Assembly: GCF_048403405.1 (NCBI RefSeq)
Contig: NZ_CP183129.1
DNA length: 64,000 bases
Reading direction: 5' to 3' (one strand)
Source of the DNA: Escherichia coli
GTDB taxonomy: Bacteria > Pseudomonadota > Gammaproteobacteria > Enterobacterales > Enterobacteriaceae
The notes under the pieces were generated by a model, which saw nothing but the letters and a program-made list of their open reading frames with translations, made no database searches and was not told the origin of the DNA. A program made the translations under genes and the position numbers. Below are positions 44,469-55,243 of the stretch, piece by piece (position 1 is the first letter of the stretch; each line of letters opens with the position of its first letter).

Positions 44469-47335
44469 TGGGATTTTCATTATTCCGCTCACGCCGGAAA
44501 GCGCAGGCGGTTTCTGCTGAAAAAACGGATGAAAACAAGGCTGACAAAACCGTACACCGCAGTACACCGGCAGAGAATGCCGGTTTAGGCCGTCAGCCGC
44601 TTTCCCGGCCGGGAAAAATGACCCGGGCGGATGAGCAGAAGATTTACCATGCGAATCCGTCCTTTATTGATTACCTGCCCTGGGTGGAATTTCTGGATGA
44701 GGAGCAATGCCTGCTGCTTGATGACGGGGTGTCGGTCGGGGCGGTGTATGCCGTTGAGCCGGCGCCGACGGAAGGGCGCTCTGCCGGCCGTCTGCTCGAA
44801 ATCCGGGATGCGGTGGAGGATGCGCTTCAGGACAGTCTGGATGAGCATGATGATAACCCGTGGGTGGTGCAGTTTTTTTGTCAGGATGAGGACGACGTGA
44901 GCGTCACACTGGCCACATTGCGGGACTATATCCTGCCGGCGGCCCGGGGCACCGCGTTTACCGAAGCCTGGCTGACCGAAATGGCGCGTCATTTACGGGG
45001 GATTGCCCGTCCGGAAGGGCTGTTTAAGGACACGGAGGTGACCGGACAACCCTGGCGCGGACAGCAGCGCCGGACCCGGATGGTGGTTTACCGCCGGCTG
45101 GGGAACAGCTATACCGATCCGATGCCGCCGGTGGCGATGCTCAATCAGATGTGTGACCGGCTGGTCAGCAGTCTGGGCAGTGCCGGCGTGCAGTGTGTCC
45201 GCCAGGACGGGAGGCAGGTGCATCAGTGGCTGCTGCGTCATTTCAATCCGGCCCCTGACTGGGTGGACCGGGAGACGCTGTACCGGGAAGGGGCGTACTG
45301 GCCGGCGGCGGAGGAAGCCCCGGGCACCCTGCCGGTGCTGAAGGATTTTGCGGAAACGCTGTGGTTTACCCCGCCCCGGTCGGATGTGGAAAACGGCGTG
45401 TGGTGGTTTGATAACCTGGCGCACGGTGTGGTGAATATCGAAAAACTGCGTAAAGCCCCGGGGCCGGGGCACCTGACCGGGGAGCAGAAGCGCGGTGACA
45501 AAAATATCAATGCGCTGATGGACCTGTTTCCGGAAGGGACGATGCTGTCGATGACCATCGTCACACAGCCTCAGGATACGCTGGAGCAGGAATTTACCCG
45601 GCTGGGGAAAAACTCGGTGGGGGAAAACACCGACTCGCAACGTACCCGCCGGGACGTGGAAACCGCCAGAGGTTTACTGGGGCACCGCCATAAGCTTTAC
45701 CGGGCCTCCCTGTCATTGCTGCTGCGTGCCGGCTCGGTGGAGGAACTGAACAAAAAGCGCGTGGATCTGACGGCCACGCTGCTGAATGCCGGTCTGGAGC
45801 CGGTGAAGCCGGAATATGATGTGGCGCCGCTGAACGGGTATCTGCGTGCCCTGCCGATGTGTTTTGACCCGCAGACGGATAAAAAACACTGGTATACCCG
45901 GCTGACCTGGGTACAGCACCTGGCCGGATTACTGCCGGTGACCGGGCGCACCAGCGGCACCGGGCATCCCGGCTGGAGTTTCTTTAACCGGGGCGGCGGG
46001 GTGCTGACCTTTGATCCGCAGAATAAACAGGATCGTACCCAGAATGCGCATCTGCTGTTATTCGGTCCCACCGGGGCCGGTAAATCCGCCACCTTATGCG
46101 CACAGTTATCGCAGCTGATGGCGGTCCGCCGTCCGCGTCTGTTTATTGCGGAGGCCGGTAACTCCTTTGGTTTACTGGCGGACTATTACGCCAGTCTGGG
46201 GCTGAGTGTCAATAAGGTCAGTGTCAAGCCCGGCAGCGGGGTGCGTCTGCCGCTGTTTGCGGATGCGCATCAGCTGCTGATGATGGATGAACAGCGTCTG
46301 GCACTGAATGCGGATGAACTGCCAGAGACGGACAGTGAATCTGAGGATGATGACGGGCAGCGTGACATTCTGGGGGAAATGGAAATCTCCGCCCGCATGA
46401 TGATCACCGGCGGGGATGTGCGGGAAGAAGCGGAGCTGAAGCGGGCTGACCGGGCGATGATCCGCCGGGCGCTGATGGCGGGGGCCCGGGCGTCTTATGC
46501 CGCCGACCGGCAGATGCTGCCGGCGGATTTGCAGGAGGCGCTGTATGCCCTCTCCCGGGGGGAAGGTGAAGAGGAAGGGCGGGCATTAAATCCGCAGCGC
46601 CGGGCGAAAGCGGCCGAAATGGCGGAATCCCTGGGGATGTTTACCGAACCGGGCAGTTTTGAGCATGAGCTGTTTAATCTGCCGGGGGAGCTGTGGCCGG
46701 AGGCGGATGTGACCCTGATTGATTTGGGGCACCTGGCGCGGGAAGGGTATGAGGCCCAGATGGCGCTGACGATGGTGAGTCTTATCAACTCCATCAACAA
46801 TATTGCCGAGCGGGATCAGTACCGGGCCCGGGACATTAATTTTGTGGTGGATGAGGCGCATATCGTGACGGTCAACCCGCTGTTATCCCCCTATGTGACC
46901 AAAGTGGTGAAAATGTGGCGGAAACTGGGGGCCTGGCTGTGGCTGGCGACCCAGAACCTCGATGACTATCCGGACTGTGCCGAGAAAATGCTCAATATGG
47001 CGGAGTGGTGGGTGTGTCTGACGATGCCGCAGAAAGAGGTGGAGGCAATCGCCCGCTTTAAGACGCTCAGTGAGGAGCAGAAACAGGTGCTGCTGTCCGC
47101 AGCCAAACTCTCCGGCTGTTACACGGAAGGGGTGGTGCTGGCGCGGAAAGTGGAGGCGCTGTTCCGGGTGGTACAGCCGAGCTTATATCTGGCGCTGGGG
47201 ATGACGGAAAAAGAGGAGAAGCAGCAACGGCGGGTGCTGATGGAGCAATACGGATGCAGTGAGCTGGAAGCGGCGTTCAGGGTGGCAGATGAACTTGACC
47301 GGAAACGGGGGTTACCGCCCCGGGTGCCGGGATGA
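44468..47335 (+). CDS. conjugative transfer ATPase (VirB4/TraC-like, GI-type)
   Basis: 955 aa; Walker A LFGPTGAGKSAT; Walker B-like FVVDEAH; size and position typical of the T4SS VirB4 homologue. Confidence 0.85.
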   Translation: MGFSLFRSRRKAQAVSAEKTDENKADKTVHRSTPAENAGLGRQPLSRPGKMTRADEQKIYHANPSFIDYLPWVEFLDEEQCLLLDDGVSVGAVYAVEPAPTEGRSAGRLLEIRDAVEDALQDSLDEHDDNPWVVQFFCQDEDDVSVTLATLRDYILPAARGTAFTEAWLTEMARHLRGIARPEGLFKDTEVTGQPWRGQQRRTRMVVYRRLGNSYTDPMPPVAMLNQMCDRLVSSLGSAGVQCVRQDGRQVHQWLLRHFNPAPDWVDRETLYREGAYWPAAEEAPGTLPVLKDFAETLWFTPPRSDVENGVWWFDNLAHGVVNIEKLRKAPGPGHLTGEQKRGDKNINALMDLFPEGTMLSMTIVTQPQDTLEQEFTRLGKNSVGENTDSQRTRRDVETARGLLGHRHKLYRASLSLLLRAGSVEELNKKRVDLTATLLNAGLEPVKPEYDVAPLNGYLRALPMCFDPQTDKKHWYTRLTWVQHLAGLLPVTGRTSGTGHPGWSFFNRGGGVLTFDPQNKQDRTQNAHLLLFGPTGAGKSATLCAQLSQLMAVRRPRLFIAEAGNSFGLLADYYASLGLSVNKVSVKPGSGVRLPLFADAHQLLMMDEQRLALNADELPETDSESEDDDGQRDILGEMEISARMMITGGDVREEAELKRADRAMIRRALMAGARASYAADRQMLPADLQEALYALSRGEGEEEGRALNPQRRAKAAEMAESLGMFTEPGSFEHELFNLPGELWPEADVTLIDLGHLAREGYEAQMALTMVSLINSINNIAERDQYRARDINFVVDEAHIVTVNPLLSPYVTKVVKMWRKLGAWLWLATQNLDDYPDCAEKMLNMAEWWVCLTMPQKEVEAIARFKTLSEEQKQVLLSAAKLSGCYTEGVVLARKVEALFRVVQPSLYLALGMTEKEEKQQRRVLMEQYGCSELEAAFRVADELDRKRGLPPRVPG

Positions 47336-47429
47336 TGAAACGGGTGGAGCAGGGAGTGGGTAAACCGTGTTGCAGCACGGCTTACCCGGCCGCTTCATTG
47401 GGTATGTTAAAAAGAGGAAACATGACGTC

Positions 47430-49655
47430 ATGAAAACGACGGGAGTTAAAGTAACGCTTTTGTCGCTGGTTGTCAGTTATTCCTGCGCTTTACAGGCCAA
47501 AAACGTGTCACTGGGGGACACGGCCGTGGCCACGGGGCAGCACAGTACGGCTGTCGGTGAGGGCAGTATGGCGCTGGGGAACAATATGACGGCGGAACAG
47601 GCGCAGGCGGCGATGAAAGCCCAGAATGCCCTGTTGCAGAACAGGGCGCAGGCGCATGAGCAGTACATGCAGACGCAGGCCCTGTTTGACAGTAAATCGC
47701 TGGCGAACAGCAATATTCTGGAGCGTCAGGAAGCGATGAAACCGTTGTTGCAGCAACAGGAGACCCTGGCGGGTCAGCGTACCGCGCAACAGCAGCAGGT
47801 GACACAGGCACAGCAGGTCGCTGACCGGATGGCACAGATTTATGAACGCAATCTGGGGGCGGTTTCACAGATTGTGGATGAGAATTTTGTGGCGTTGTGG
47901 CAGCAGGGGCAGGCTGACCGTCTGGCTCAGGAAGTGAAAAAACGGGTTGAGCAGGATACGTCGGTCAGTAATGACACGCAGTTTTATGTCAGTTATGTTA
48001 ATGCCTATATTGAAGCGAAAACCAGAAGTGCTCTGGTTAATGAAACCATCAAAGAGAAAACCGGTTCTCAGATTACGACCAACTATCAGGGTGTGGCCCT
48101 GTCCCCGGTACTGAGTGCCGGCCACAGTGATAAAGCGATGCTGTGGTCGGATGCGGTCACGGACAGCGAGCAGAAGAAACAATTATCCCGTTTACACCTG
48201 AATACCGCGGCCCTGAAGGGCGTTGCCGGTTATCAGGAAGAGCTGGCCAAAATCGCCCTGATCACCTCTGCGGACGGGAAAAAGAATCTGTATCAGGCTT
48301 ATCAGAAAAATGCCCGGCAGCAAATTGAGCAGGGGCTCACCGGGGTGACAGAGGCCGGGAAGCAGATCCTGTCAGAGCTGTATCTGGATAACATCGATGA
48401 AGGCACCTTTAATCAGATGGTCAGCGGTATTTTCACCCGCTATGAGAATCAGCTGAACTACCTGATCCAGCTGGATAAGGTCAACAGTTTATCGCCGGAC
48501 AGCCCGGATTATGCCAAAGAGTTACAGCAACTGCTGGTACTGGAAAGCCGTCCCCGGGATAACACCGTCGGGCTGAATACCAACCCGGAGGCGCTGAAAC
48601 AAAAAGTGGATCAGTACCTTCAGGACAATGCGCTCAGTCACACACAGGCCATGTCGTCACAGGCCACACAGCTGAAACAGCAGTTATCGGCGGAAAAAGC
48701 CGTCACCGATCAGGCACTGAAGCAGGCAGAAACGCAACTCTCCCGGCTGGAAAAGGATCTCTCCGCGCTGGATACAAAGTTGTCTGATTTGCGTCCGACG
48801 CAATCCGAGCTGGAAAACATCCGGGATCTGGAGAAGGTGAAAGCCGAACTGGCGCAGAAACAGGCGGAATATCAGGCGGCGGATAAAGCCCTGAATGAGG
48901 CGCAGAGTACGCTGAGTCAGGGTAAACAGGCTGTTGCGGTCGGGGATAAGAGTCTGGCGCTGGGCGAAAAATCCGTGGCACTGAGTGTGGATGCCCGGGC
49001 GCTGGCGAAAAACAGTGTGGCACTGGGGGACGGCAGCCTGGCTGACCGGGATAACAGCGTGTCCGTCGGCCGTGAAGGTCAGGAACGTTTTCTGACGCAT
49101 GTGGCGGCCGGCATTGCAAAAACGGATGCGGTCAACAAAGGGCAACTGGATGAGGAGCGGGATGCGCGTATTGCCGGCGATAAGCAGACGCTGAAACAGG
49201 CCATGGACTACACCGATGTGAGCATTCAGTACAGTGAGGCGAAGATAAACAAGCGGATTACGGAAGAGCAGCAGGCCCGTATTGAGGGGGAGGAACAGAC
49301 CCTGGCGGCCGCAAACCGCTATACCGATGAGACGTTCGGGCAGGTGACCCACACGGTGCTGGACAATGCCCGGCAGTATACCGACCAGCGTTTCAGTCAG
49401 CTGGACAATAAAATCAGTCAGGTGGAGAAACGGGCCAATGCGGGGATTGCCGGGGTGACCGCAATATCTTCCATTCCGTATGTGAACAGTGAGCGTTTTT
49501 CGTTCGGGATGGCGATGGGGCATTACCGTGATGCACAGGCGATAGCCACCGGGGTGCAGTATAAGCCGACGGCCAATACCAATGTGCGCCTGAATGCGTC
49601 ATGGAATAACGGCGGCGATACCAGTATCGGCGCCGGGTTTGCGGTGGGCTGGTAA
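47430..49655 (+). CDS. trimeric autotransporter adhesin (YadA-like C-terminal anchor)
   Basis: 741 aa from ATG 47430; signal peptide; head-like SLGDTAVATGQHSTAVGEGSMALGNN; long Q/A-rich coiled-coil stalk; neck motif ERFLTHVAAGIAKTDAVNKGQLD; anchor KRANAGIAGVTAISSIP...GAGFAVGW. Confidence 0.8.
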   Translation: MKTTGVKVTLLSLVVSYSCALQAKNVSLGDTAVATGQHSTAVGEGSMALGNNMTAEQAQAAMKAQNALLQNRAQAHEQYMQTQALFDSKSLANSNILERQEAMKPLLQQQETLAGQRTAQQQQVTQAQQVADRMAQIYERNLGAVSQIVDENFVALWQQGQADRLAQEVKKRVEQDTSVSNDTQFYVSYVNAYIEAKTRSALVNETIKEKTGSQITTNYQGVALSPVLSAGHSDKAMLWSDAVTDSEQKKQLSRLHLNTAALKGVAGYQEELAKIALITSADGKKNLYQAYQKNARQQIEQGLTGVTEAGKQILSELYLDNIDEGTFNQMVSGIFTRYENQLNYLIQLDKVNSLSPDSPDYAKELQQLLVLESRPRDNTVGLNTNPEALKQKVDQYLQDNALSHTQAMSSQATQLKQQLSAEKAVTDQALKQAETQLSRLEKDLSALDTKLSDLRPTQSELENIRDLEKVKAELAQKQAEYQAADKALNEAQSTLSQGKQAVAVGDKSLALGEKSVALSVDARALAKNSVALGDGSLADRDNSVSVGREGQERFLTHVAAGIAKTDAVNKGQLDEERDARIAGDKQTLKQAMDYTDVSIQYSEAKINKRITEEQQARIEGEEQTLAAANRYTDETFGQVTHTVLDNARQYTDQRFSQLDNKISQVEKRANAGIAGVTAISSIPYVNSERFSFGMAMGHYRDAQAIATGVQYKPTANTNVRLNASWNNGGDTSIGAGFAVGW

Positions 49656-49733
49656 CCGGTGAAAACCCGCCGGTCACCGGCGGGTTTTGATGCGCTTTTC
49701 TTCTCTCACCGTTCGTTTGTGAGGACTGACCGA

Positions 49734-50174
49734 ATGAAAAAACGATTTTTATCTCTTTCCGGATTGCTGATGCTGTCGCTGTCATGCCTGCCGTTGACCG
49801 CCGGGGCGGCAGTGGTGCTGTATACCACGCAGGATGACGCTCTGCCGCAGACGGACATCCCGTTTGAGGTGGTGTATCTGGATGCGCCTGAACGCCTGCT
49901 GGATGAGGCCCTGCTTCAGCCGGGGACGGAACTGAGTGAAGCGGATGCCCTGCACATCACCGCCCTGTTACAAAGTCCGGCCTGGCAGGCCAGAGAAACG
50001 GCATTACGGCAGGCTTATCAGGGCGTGGTTCAGGCCTGGCAGCTGGGGGTGTCATCTCTGCCGGCGGTCGTCGTTGATGCGCAGTGGGTGGTTTACGGCA
50101 CCACCGATATTGCACAGGCGGTGACGCAGATACAGCAGTACCGGGAACAACAGGAAGGAGGAGGTCAACCATGA
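49734..50174 (+). CDS. ICE conjugation-module periplasmic protein
   Basis: 146 aa with signal peptide (LSCLPLTAGAA); RBS GAGGA. Confidence 0.6.
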   Translation: MKKRFLSLSGLLMLSLSCLPLTAGAAVVLYTTQDDALPQTDIPFEVVYLDAPERLLDEALLQPGTELSEADALHITALLQSPAWQARETALRQAYQGVVQAWQLGVSSLPAVVVDAQWVVYGTTDIAQAVTQIQQYREQQEGGGQP

Positions 50175-51145
50175 CCCGACAATCACATCGCCGGCGTCTG
50201 GCGGGGGCTTTGTTACTCGGTTGTTCACTGGTGCCGGTGGCGGAAGCCAGTCTGAGTACCGCCACTCTGGTCGCTTCTGCGGCCTCACCGTCGTGTATCA
50301 GCTGGCGTATCAGCGGGATTTGCTACTGGCTGAAGTGTGGCTGGGGCGGCTGCCGTATCCGGACATCTGTCCGGGTGTCACATTTTATTCCGCAGGCGGT
50401 GGTCTCGGCCTACCATGCCCCGGGTGAAAACCCGTGGCGGGAAATGTCACTGGTCAGCGGGGCGGCCGGCGGGATTGAAAATGCCGTGACCGGCGTGCTG
50501 AGCGGGGTATCTGCCGGGGGCGGAAACAGTGAACAGAAGTTTGAGGCAAAACGTAAAACCGCCCTGCACTTTTTTTATGCGGATGCTATCGGTCATCCGG
50601 CAACCACCCTTATCGGCGGCAGTATTCCGGGGTATTCCTGTGACAGCGCAGCCACACCGCTGTTTCCTTATTACCTGAGCACGCTCGACAGTGTGCCGTG
50701 GCGGCTCGGTGTGCCGGAAATGGCGTATCCGGAAGCGATAATTCCCGGGAAACGGGAAATCGGGGGGCAGAGCCGGGGCAACATGTGGGGAAATCTCTAT
50801 CCGCGCAGCGGTTTTGTCAACCAGCAGGACGGGGATAAAGCGGCGGCTGTGGTGGCGCAGCGCGTGGCAGATATTATGACCCGCACCGGGCAGGCGCATA
50901 CCTATGTGCCCCTGAAAGGCAACCGCCGGGATGGCTATTGGCCGCCGGACGCGGTGACGGAGAATACCGGGACAAAAAACCATAAATGGCAGCGCCTGTC
51001 GCCGGGGCTGAAAAACAGCTGTGCGGTGTTTCCGGATGAGGGCGGAGCACAGGCACAGGACGGTAATTATGCCTGGGCATTGTGGCAGCCGTACAGCTGC
51101 TGCAAGCGCATGGGGCAAAAATTTCTGTACAGCACAACGTTTTAA
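50171..51145 (+). CDS. TraU-like ICE conjugation protein
   Basis: 324 aa, signal peptide, Cys-rich N-terminal region (CISWRISGICYWLKCGWGGC) as in TraU-family mating-pair proteins (recalled). Confidence 0.6.
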   Translation: MTRQSHRRRLAGALLLGCSLVPVAEASLSTATLVASAASPSCISWRISGICYWLKCGWGGCRIRTSVRVSHFIPQAVVSAYHAPGENPWREMSLVSGAAGGIENAVTGVLSGVSAGGGNSEQKFEAKRKTALHFFYADAIGHPATTLIGGSIPGYSCDSAATPLFPYYLSTLDSVPWRLGVPEMAYPEAIIPGKREIGGQSRGNMWGNLYPRSGFVNQQDGDKAAAVVAQRVADIMTRTGQAHTYVPLKGNRRDGYWPPDAVTENTGTKNHKWQRLSPGLKNSCAVFPDEGGAQAQDGNYAWALWQPYSCCKRMGQKFLYSTTF

Positions 51146-51159
51146 GCAGGGATTTTAAG

Positions 51160-52602
51160 ATGATGAAAGCAAAACGACACACGTTTTTTCCGCCGGCGCT
51201 GACACTGATGGTGTTATGCAGTGTACCGGCATTTTCTGTCCGGGCCGGGCTGGATTTTTCTGCCGGTGCGAATGATATCGGCTACGGCGCAAATGTTTCC
51301 GGCGCGGTCTCCGACAAACTGTACTACAACCTGGGCGGCGGCACGGTGTTATCCCAGCCGCCGGGGCGCAGTAATCTGCAACGTCTGGGGATGAGCATGG
51401 GCTGGAACAGTGATCTGATGTGCGGCAATTTTGATATCAAAACCACGGTGGGCAACCAGCTGAACGGGGTGACGGCCGGCTTTAAGAATCTGATGAGTGA
51501 GGTGATCCAGAATGCCACCGGGGCGGTGGCCAGTCTGCCGGCGATGGCTATCCAGCGGGCGAATCCCGGCCTGTATGAAATGCTGACCAACGGGGTGTTG
51601 CAGGCTAATGTGGCGTTTGATAAGGCGCAGCTGAACTGTCAGAACATGGCTAAACGGATGATGGACTTTTCAGAAAATAATCAGTGGACGCAGGCGGCGA
51701 TCCTCGAAGAAGCAAAGAATATCATCAATAACAGTGACGGGGATGCGGTAAAAACTGACCAGCAAATTCAGCAAAGCAGTGGCGATAAAGGGGTTGTATG
51801 GATAGGCGGGAAACAGCGCGGTGGGGTTGGTCAGCCTGCGATTCAGCCGGCGCAGGATTTTGCACAGGCCGGCTTTAATATCATGAACGGTCTGCCGGCA
51901 ACCAGTACGGCCCCGGTGCCGGCCGGCCAGTGTAACGGAGCCGCTTGCAGGCGCTTTGCCAACAGTGAGGAAGCCGCTCAGGTGGTCACACAGGTGCTGG
52001 GCAGCAAATCGGTCCGCACCTGCACCAATCCGGCGGATTGTCAGAGCGGCGGTGAGGCGGAGCAACCGGGCAGTTCCCAGCCAGGAACCGGGCTGGCACC
52101 GGTGCTGGAGACCACCACCCGGGAAAATTTGGAACAGCTGCATAAACTGGTGAACAGCCGGGGCGCGGTCGGGGCGGCAGAGTTGGCGAAACTGAAAACC
52201 GGCAGCCTGACGGTCTCCCGGGGGGTGATTGAAGCGCTGCGCCGGGATCCGGATAAAACGGCATTAACACAGCGTCTGGCCGGTGAGCTGGCGATGGCGG
52301 ACACGATGGAGCTGGCGCTGACGATGCGCCGGATGCTGATCACCGGCCAGGGGGAGCCGAATGCCGGTAATTTTCCGAAAGCCCAGGAGATCGGTAACCA
52401 GTCGGTTGACCAGCTGGATCGCGAAATCGGGATGCTGCAAACGGAAATGGAAGTGCGTAAATCCATTGCCAATAACGCGATGCTGACGGTGATTGAGCGT
52501 GATCAGCAACGGACACAGGCGAACCCTGCCACCCAGACCCCAGATAATACGGATGTGCGTGTACAGGGACTGGAGCAAAACAGTGACACCGGAGGACGTT
52601 AA
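51160..52602 (+). CDS. ICE conjugation-module secreted protein
   Basis: 480 aa with signal peptide. Confidence 0.6.
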   Translation: MMKAKRHTFFPPALTLMVLCSVPAFSVRAGLDFSAGANDIGYGANVSGAVSDKLYYNLGGGTVLSQPPGRSNLQRLGMSMGWNSDLMCGNFDIKTTVGNQLNGVTAGFKNLMSEVIQNATGAVASLPAMAIQRANPGLYEMLTNGVLQANVAFDKAQLNCQNMAKRMMDFSENNQWTQAAILEEAKNIINNSDGDAVKTDQQIQQSSGDKGVVWIGGKQRGGVGQPAIQPAQDFAQAGFNIMNGLPATSTAPVPAGQCNGAACRRFANSEEAAQVVTQVLGSKSVRTCTNPADCQSGGEAEQPGSSQPGTGLAPVLETTTRENLEQLHKLVNSRGAVGAAELAKLKTGSLTVSRGVIEALRRDPDKTALTQRLAGELAMADTMELALTMRRMLITGQGEPNAGNFPKAQEIGNQSVDQLDREIGMLQTEMEVRKSIANNAMLTVIERDQQRTQANPATQTPDNTDVRVQGLEQNSDTGGR

Positions 52603-52941
52603 ATGACGAAAGGAAAAACCGGGCGCCGGTTATGGCCGGTGCTGAAAGTAACCGGGCTGACCCTGCTCAGTATGGTGGTGTTGCTGGCGGTGGCTCAGCT
52701 GGGGCTGAGTTATTACGGTGAGGCGGACAGTCTGCGCCGGGCGTTTTACCGTGCCCGCTGGTTCTGGCTGGTCTGGCGGTGTGTGTTGTACGGAGCCGTG
52801 GCGGTTGGATTATGGAAACTGTATCACCACCCGAAAGTCAGTGAGACGGCCCGGCGCAGTCTGAAGCGCAGCGGGCTGGCGATGGCCGCCTTTGTGGCGG
52901 TGAGTGAATGGTCAGTCTGGGCGGGAGGTGACGGCTTATGA
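52603..52941 (+). CDS. small ICE membrane protein
   Basis: 112 aa, three hydrophobic helices. Confidence 0.6.
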   Translation: MTKGKTGRRLWPVLKVTGLTLLSMVVLLAVAQLGLSYYGEADSLRRAFYRARWFWLVWRCVLYGAVAVGLWKLYHHPKVSETARRSLKRSGLAMAAFVAVSEWSVWAGGDGL

Positions 52942-54419
52942 TGACAAACAGTTATCTCGAGTATTTTCTCACGCTGCTGGCCTGGGTGGTGAATAACGGA
53001 TTGTGGTCGGTACTGACCAGCACCGGGCTGTTTGCGCTGCCGCTGGTCTTTAAAGTGCTGGGGATCTGGCTGAAAGTGCGGGAAGAGGGGGAGGATGAGG
53101 GTAACAAAGGTTCACTGGCAATTGTGCGTATCGAGAACGCGCTTTACGGCGCCTTTGTGGTGATCCTGTTTTGTTGTGTGCCGTTGATGGAGGTGAGTGT
53201 CAGTACCCTGCAATTTGATACCAGCCGGACCAAAACCTGCGGCACCTGGACCCCGGTGAAGCCGGCGGAATCCGGTTACAGCGGCGTGGTGTCGTCACTG
53301 GATAATCAGACAGCCAAAATCCCGCTGTGGTGGATGCTGGTACATAAGCTGTCGAAAGGGGTGACTCAGGCGGCGGTGGCCAGCATTCCGTGCCGGCCGG
53401 ATTTGCGTCAGGTGCGTTTTGAGGTGCAGCACAGCAACATTAAAAATCCGGCGCTGGCTGCCGCACTTCAGGATTTTACGGATGACTGTTACTCACGTGC
53501 CCTGTATGACTGGAAAGCGAAAGATCAGGGAAAAACACAGGATGAAAAAACGTTACAGGATATCACCTGGATAGGCTCGGCCACCTTTATGAAAGGGGAA
53601 TATCATCAGATCCAGTCACGGACACCGCGGGCGGGCTTTCCCTGGGATGCCGACCGGGATGACGGGTATGCGAATGTCAACGGCAACGGTTACCCGACCT
53701 GTTATCAGTGGTGGAATGATGCGAATGCAGGGTTACTGAAACTTGTCAAAGAGCAGACCGATGAAGGGATGTGGCTGCGTGCCCGGGCGGCGATGAAGCT
53801 GATTAATAAAAACTCGAAAGAGTTTGAGGAGGCCATCGTCCGCCGGCTGGTGAGTCCGGCGAATCTGGATGTCTCCGGCGGCCGGGTATACCGGGGATAC
53901 GGGGGTAATGCGGATATGACGGTGATGAATGAGCTGGCCAGAATGGGAGGGGTAGCCGGGACTTCGCTGGCGTCACTGGGGGCATTCCCTGCCTTTGATA
54001 CGATGCGACAGTCCTTACCGATGGTGCAGGGGCTGATGTTAATGGCGGTGTATATCATGATCCCGATGGTGCTGATGTTTTCGGCGTATGAATTTAAGAC
54101 GGCGATAACGGTGACGTTTGTGATATTTGCGCTGAACTTTCTGACATTCTGGTGGGAGCTGGCACGCTGGATAGACAGCTGGATGATGGAGGCACTGTAT
54201 AATTCCGATACGCACAGTCAGTGGAATATGAACGGGCTTCAGAACACGTCTGATGATGTCATTATGAACCTGGTAATGGGAACGATGTTTTTGGTGTTGC
54301 CGGCGTTGTGGTTGACAGCATTTGGTTGGGCTGGAGCTAAAGTTGGGTCCGAGCTAGGTAATATGACATCTAACGCGACTTCACCTGCGCATAGTGCGGG
54401 GGGAAAGGAGGACAGTTAG
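52938..54419 (+). CDS. TraG N-terminal-domain-like polytopic membrane protein
   Basis: 493 aa; multiple TM helices flanking a large periplasmic loop; the last ~50 codons shift to low GC. Confidence 0.65.
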   Translation: MMTNSYLEYFLTLLAWVVNNGLWSVLTSTGLFALPLVFKVLGIWLKVREEGEDEGNKGSLAIVRIENALYGAFVVILFCCVPLMEVSVSTLQFDTSRTKTCGTWTPVKPAESGYSGVVSSLDNQTAKIPLWWMLVHKLSKGVTQAAVASIPCRPDLRQVRFEVQHSNIKNPALAAALQDFTDDCYSRALYDWKAKDQGKTQDEKTLQDITWIGSATFMKGEYHQIQSRTPRAGFPWDADRDDGYANVNGNGYPTCYQWWNDANAGLLKLVKEQTDEGMWLRARAAMKLINKNSKEFEEAIVRRLVSPANLDVSGGRVYRGYGGNADMTVMNELARMGGVAGTSLASLGAFPAFDTMRQSLPMVQGLMLMAVYIMIPMVLMFSAYEFKTAITVTFVIFALNFLTFWWELARWIDSWMMEALYNSDTHSQWNMNGLQNTSDDVIMNLVMGTMFLVLPALWLTAFGWAGAKVGSELGNMTSNATSPAHSAGGKEDS

Positions 54420-54493
54420 CAGAACAAGCTATTTCTAAAAAAGTTAACTAATAATATTTTGAAGCCAGCTGCAAAATTTAGTTTTGTGGCTGG

Positions 54494-54901
54494 CTAATCT
54501 TCGTCAATATTTATTCCGTTCATATAATATCCAAAACCTTGGTTGCCATTTCTAAAGTCGTCACTATTGCCAACGAGATTGGATTGCCATTCATTATTGT
54601 TATCAGTGGATTGAATGTTATTTCCTGAAGAAATATCAATGTGTTCTATTACAGAAAATAAAATCACCAACGCTCCAAAGGTAAATAGGATGTACAAACT
54701 GAAATAAGCCAGTAACGCGATGACTGCGAGAGTTATAGATACCAGTGGAATATGCCCCAGCCAACCCGGCATATTTTTGCTTTTGGCGCTTGCCACACAG
54801 TTCTTATCGAAAGCCTTCAATTTTTTGATTAGCCATTTTGCTTTATAAGCTGCTTTTATGCCCCAGCGTTCTCCTCTGGAAGCGGCTGTTTTATCACTCA
54901 T
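54494..54901 (-). CDS. hypothetical membrane protein (low-GC cargo)
   Basis: 135 aa, two TM helices, strong RBS (GGAGGGGG); AT-rich. Confidence 0.55.
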   Translation of the reverse strand: MSDKTAASRGERWGIKAAYKAKWLIKKLKAFDKNCVASAKSKNMPGWLGHIPLVSITLAVIALLAYFSLYILFTFGALVILFSVIEHIDISSGNNIQSTDNNNEWQSNLVGNSDDFRNGNQGFGYYMNGINIDED

Positions 54902-55243
54902 TTCCCCCTCCGGTAATCAGTGAGTCTGATTTATCTCATGCTTGTCGTCTATCGTTAATACAATTTTAGGTCGATTTTTAATCATTGTCTACATCTTGTG
55001 AGTTATGCACATATCCACGGTCACCAAGCCAGTGCAACCCGATGCCAACAAGCAATCGGGTAAACGGGAGCGTACAGGGCATCGGCCCTGATGGTGGCGG
55101 TGGGTATGTGTATAACTTTTTTGTTGCCTTCATATAAAAATCTTATTCTTTCATCTGGATGGATTTATTGAATTTGATTTTTTATGTCAGTTTAAGTAAG
55201 TTTTTAATATGTATCCGAGTCCTTGTATATAGGAGATGATAAT

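Noticed and set aside
31816..52578. Many 60-300 aa minus-strand or out-of-frame ORFs across the GC-rich conjugation module (e.g. 33883..34410, 40447..41352, 44029..44547, 44993..45640, 48684..49523, 50447..51118)
   Set aside because: High-GC DNA yields long stop-free antisense frames; translations are Arg/Pro/Gly-rich, and the plus-strand genes are contiguous and translationally coupled.
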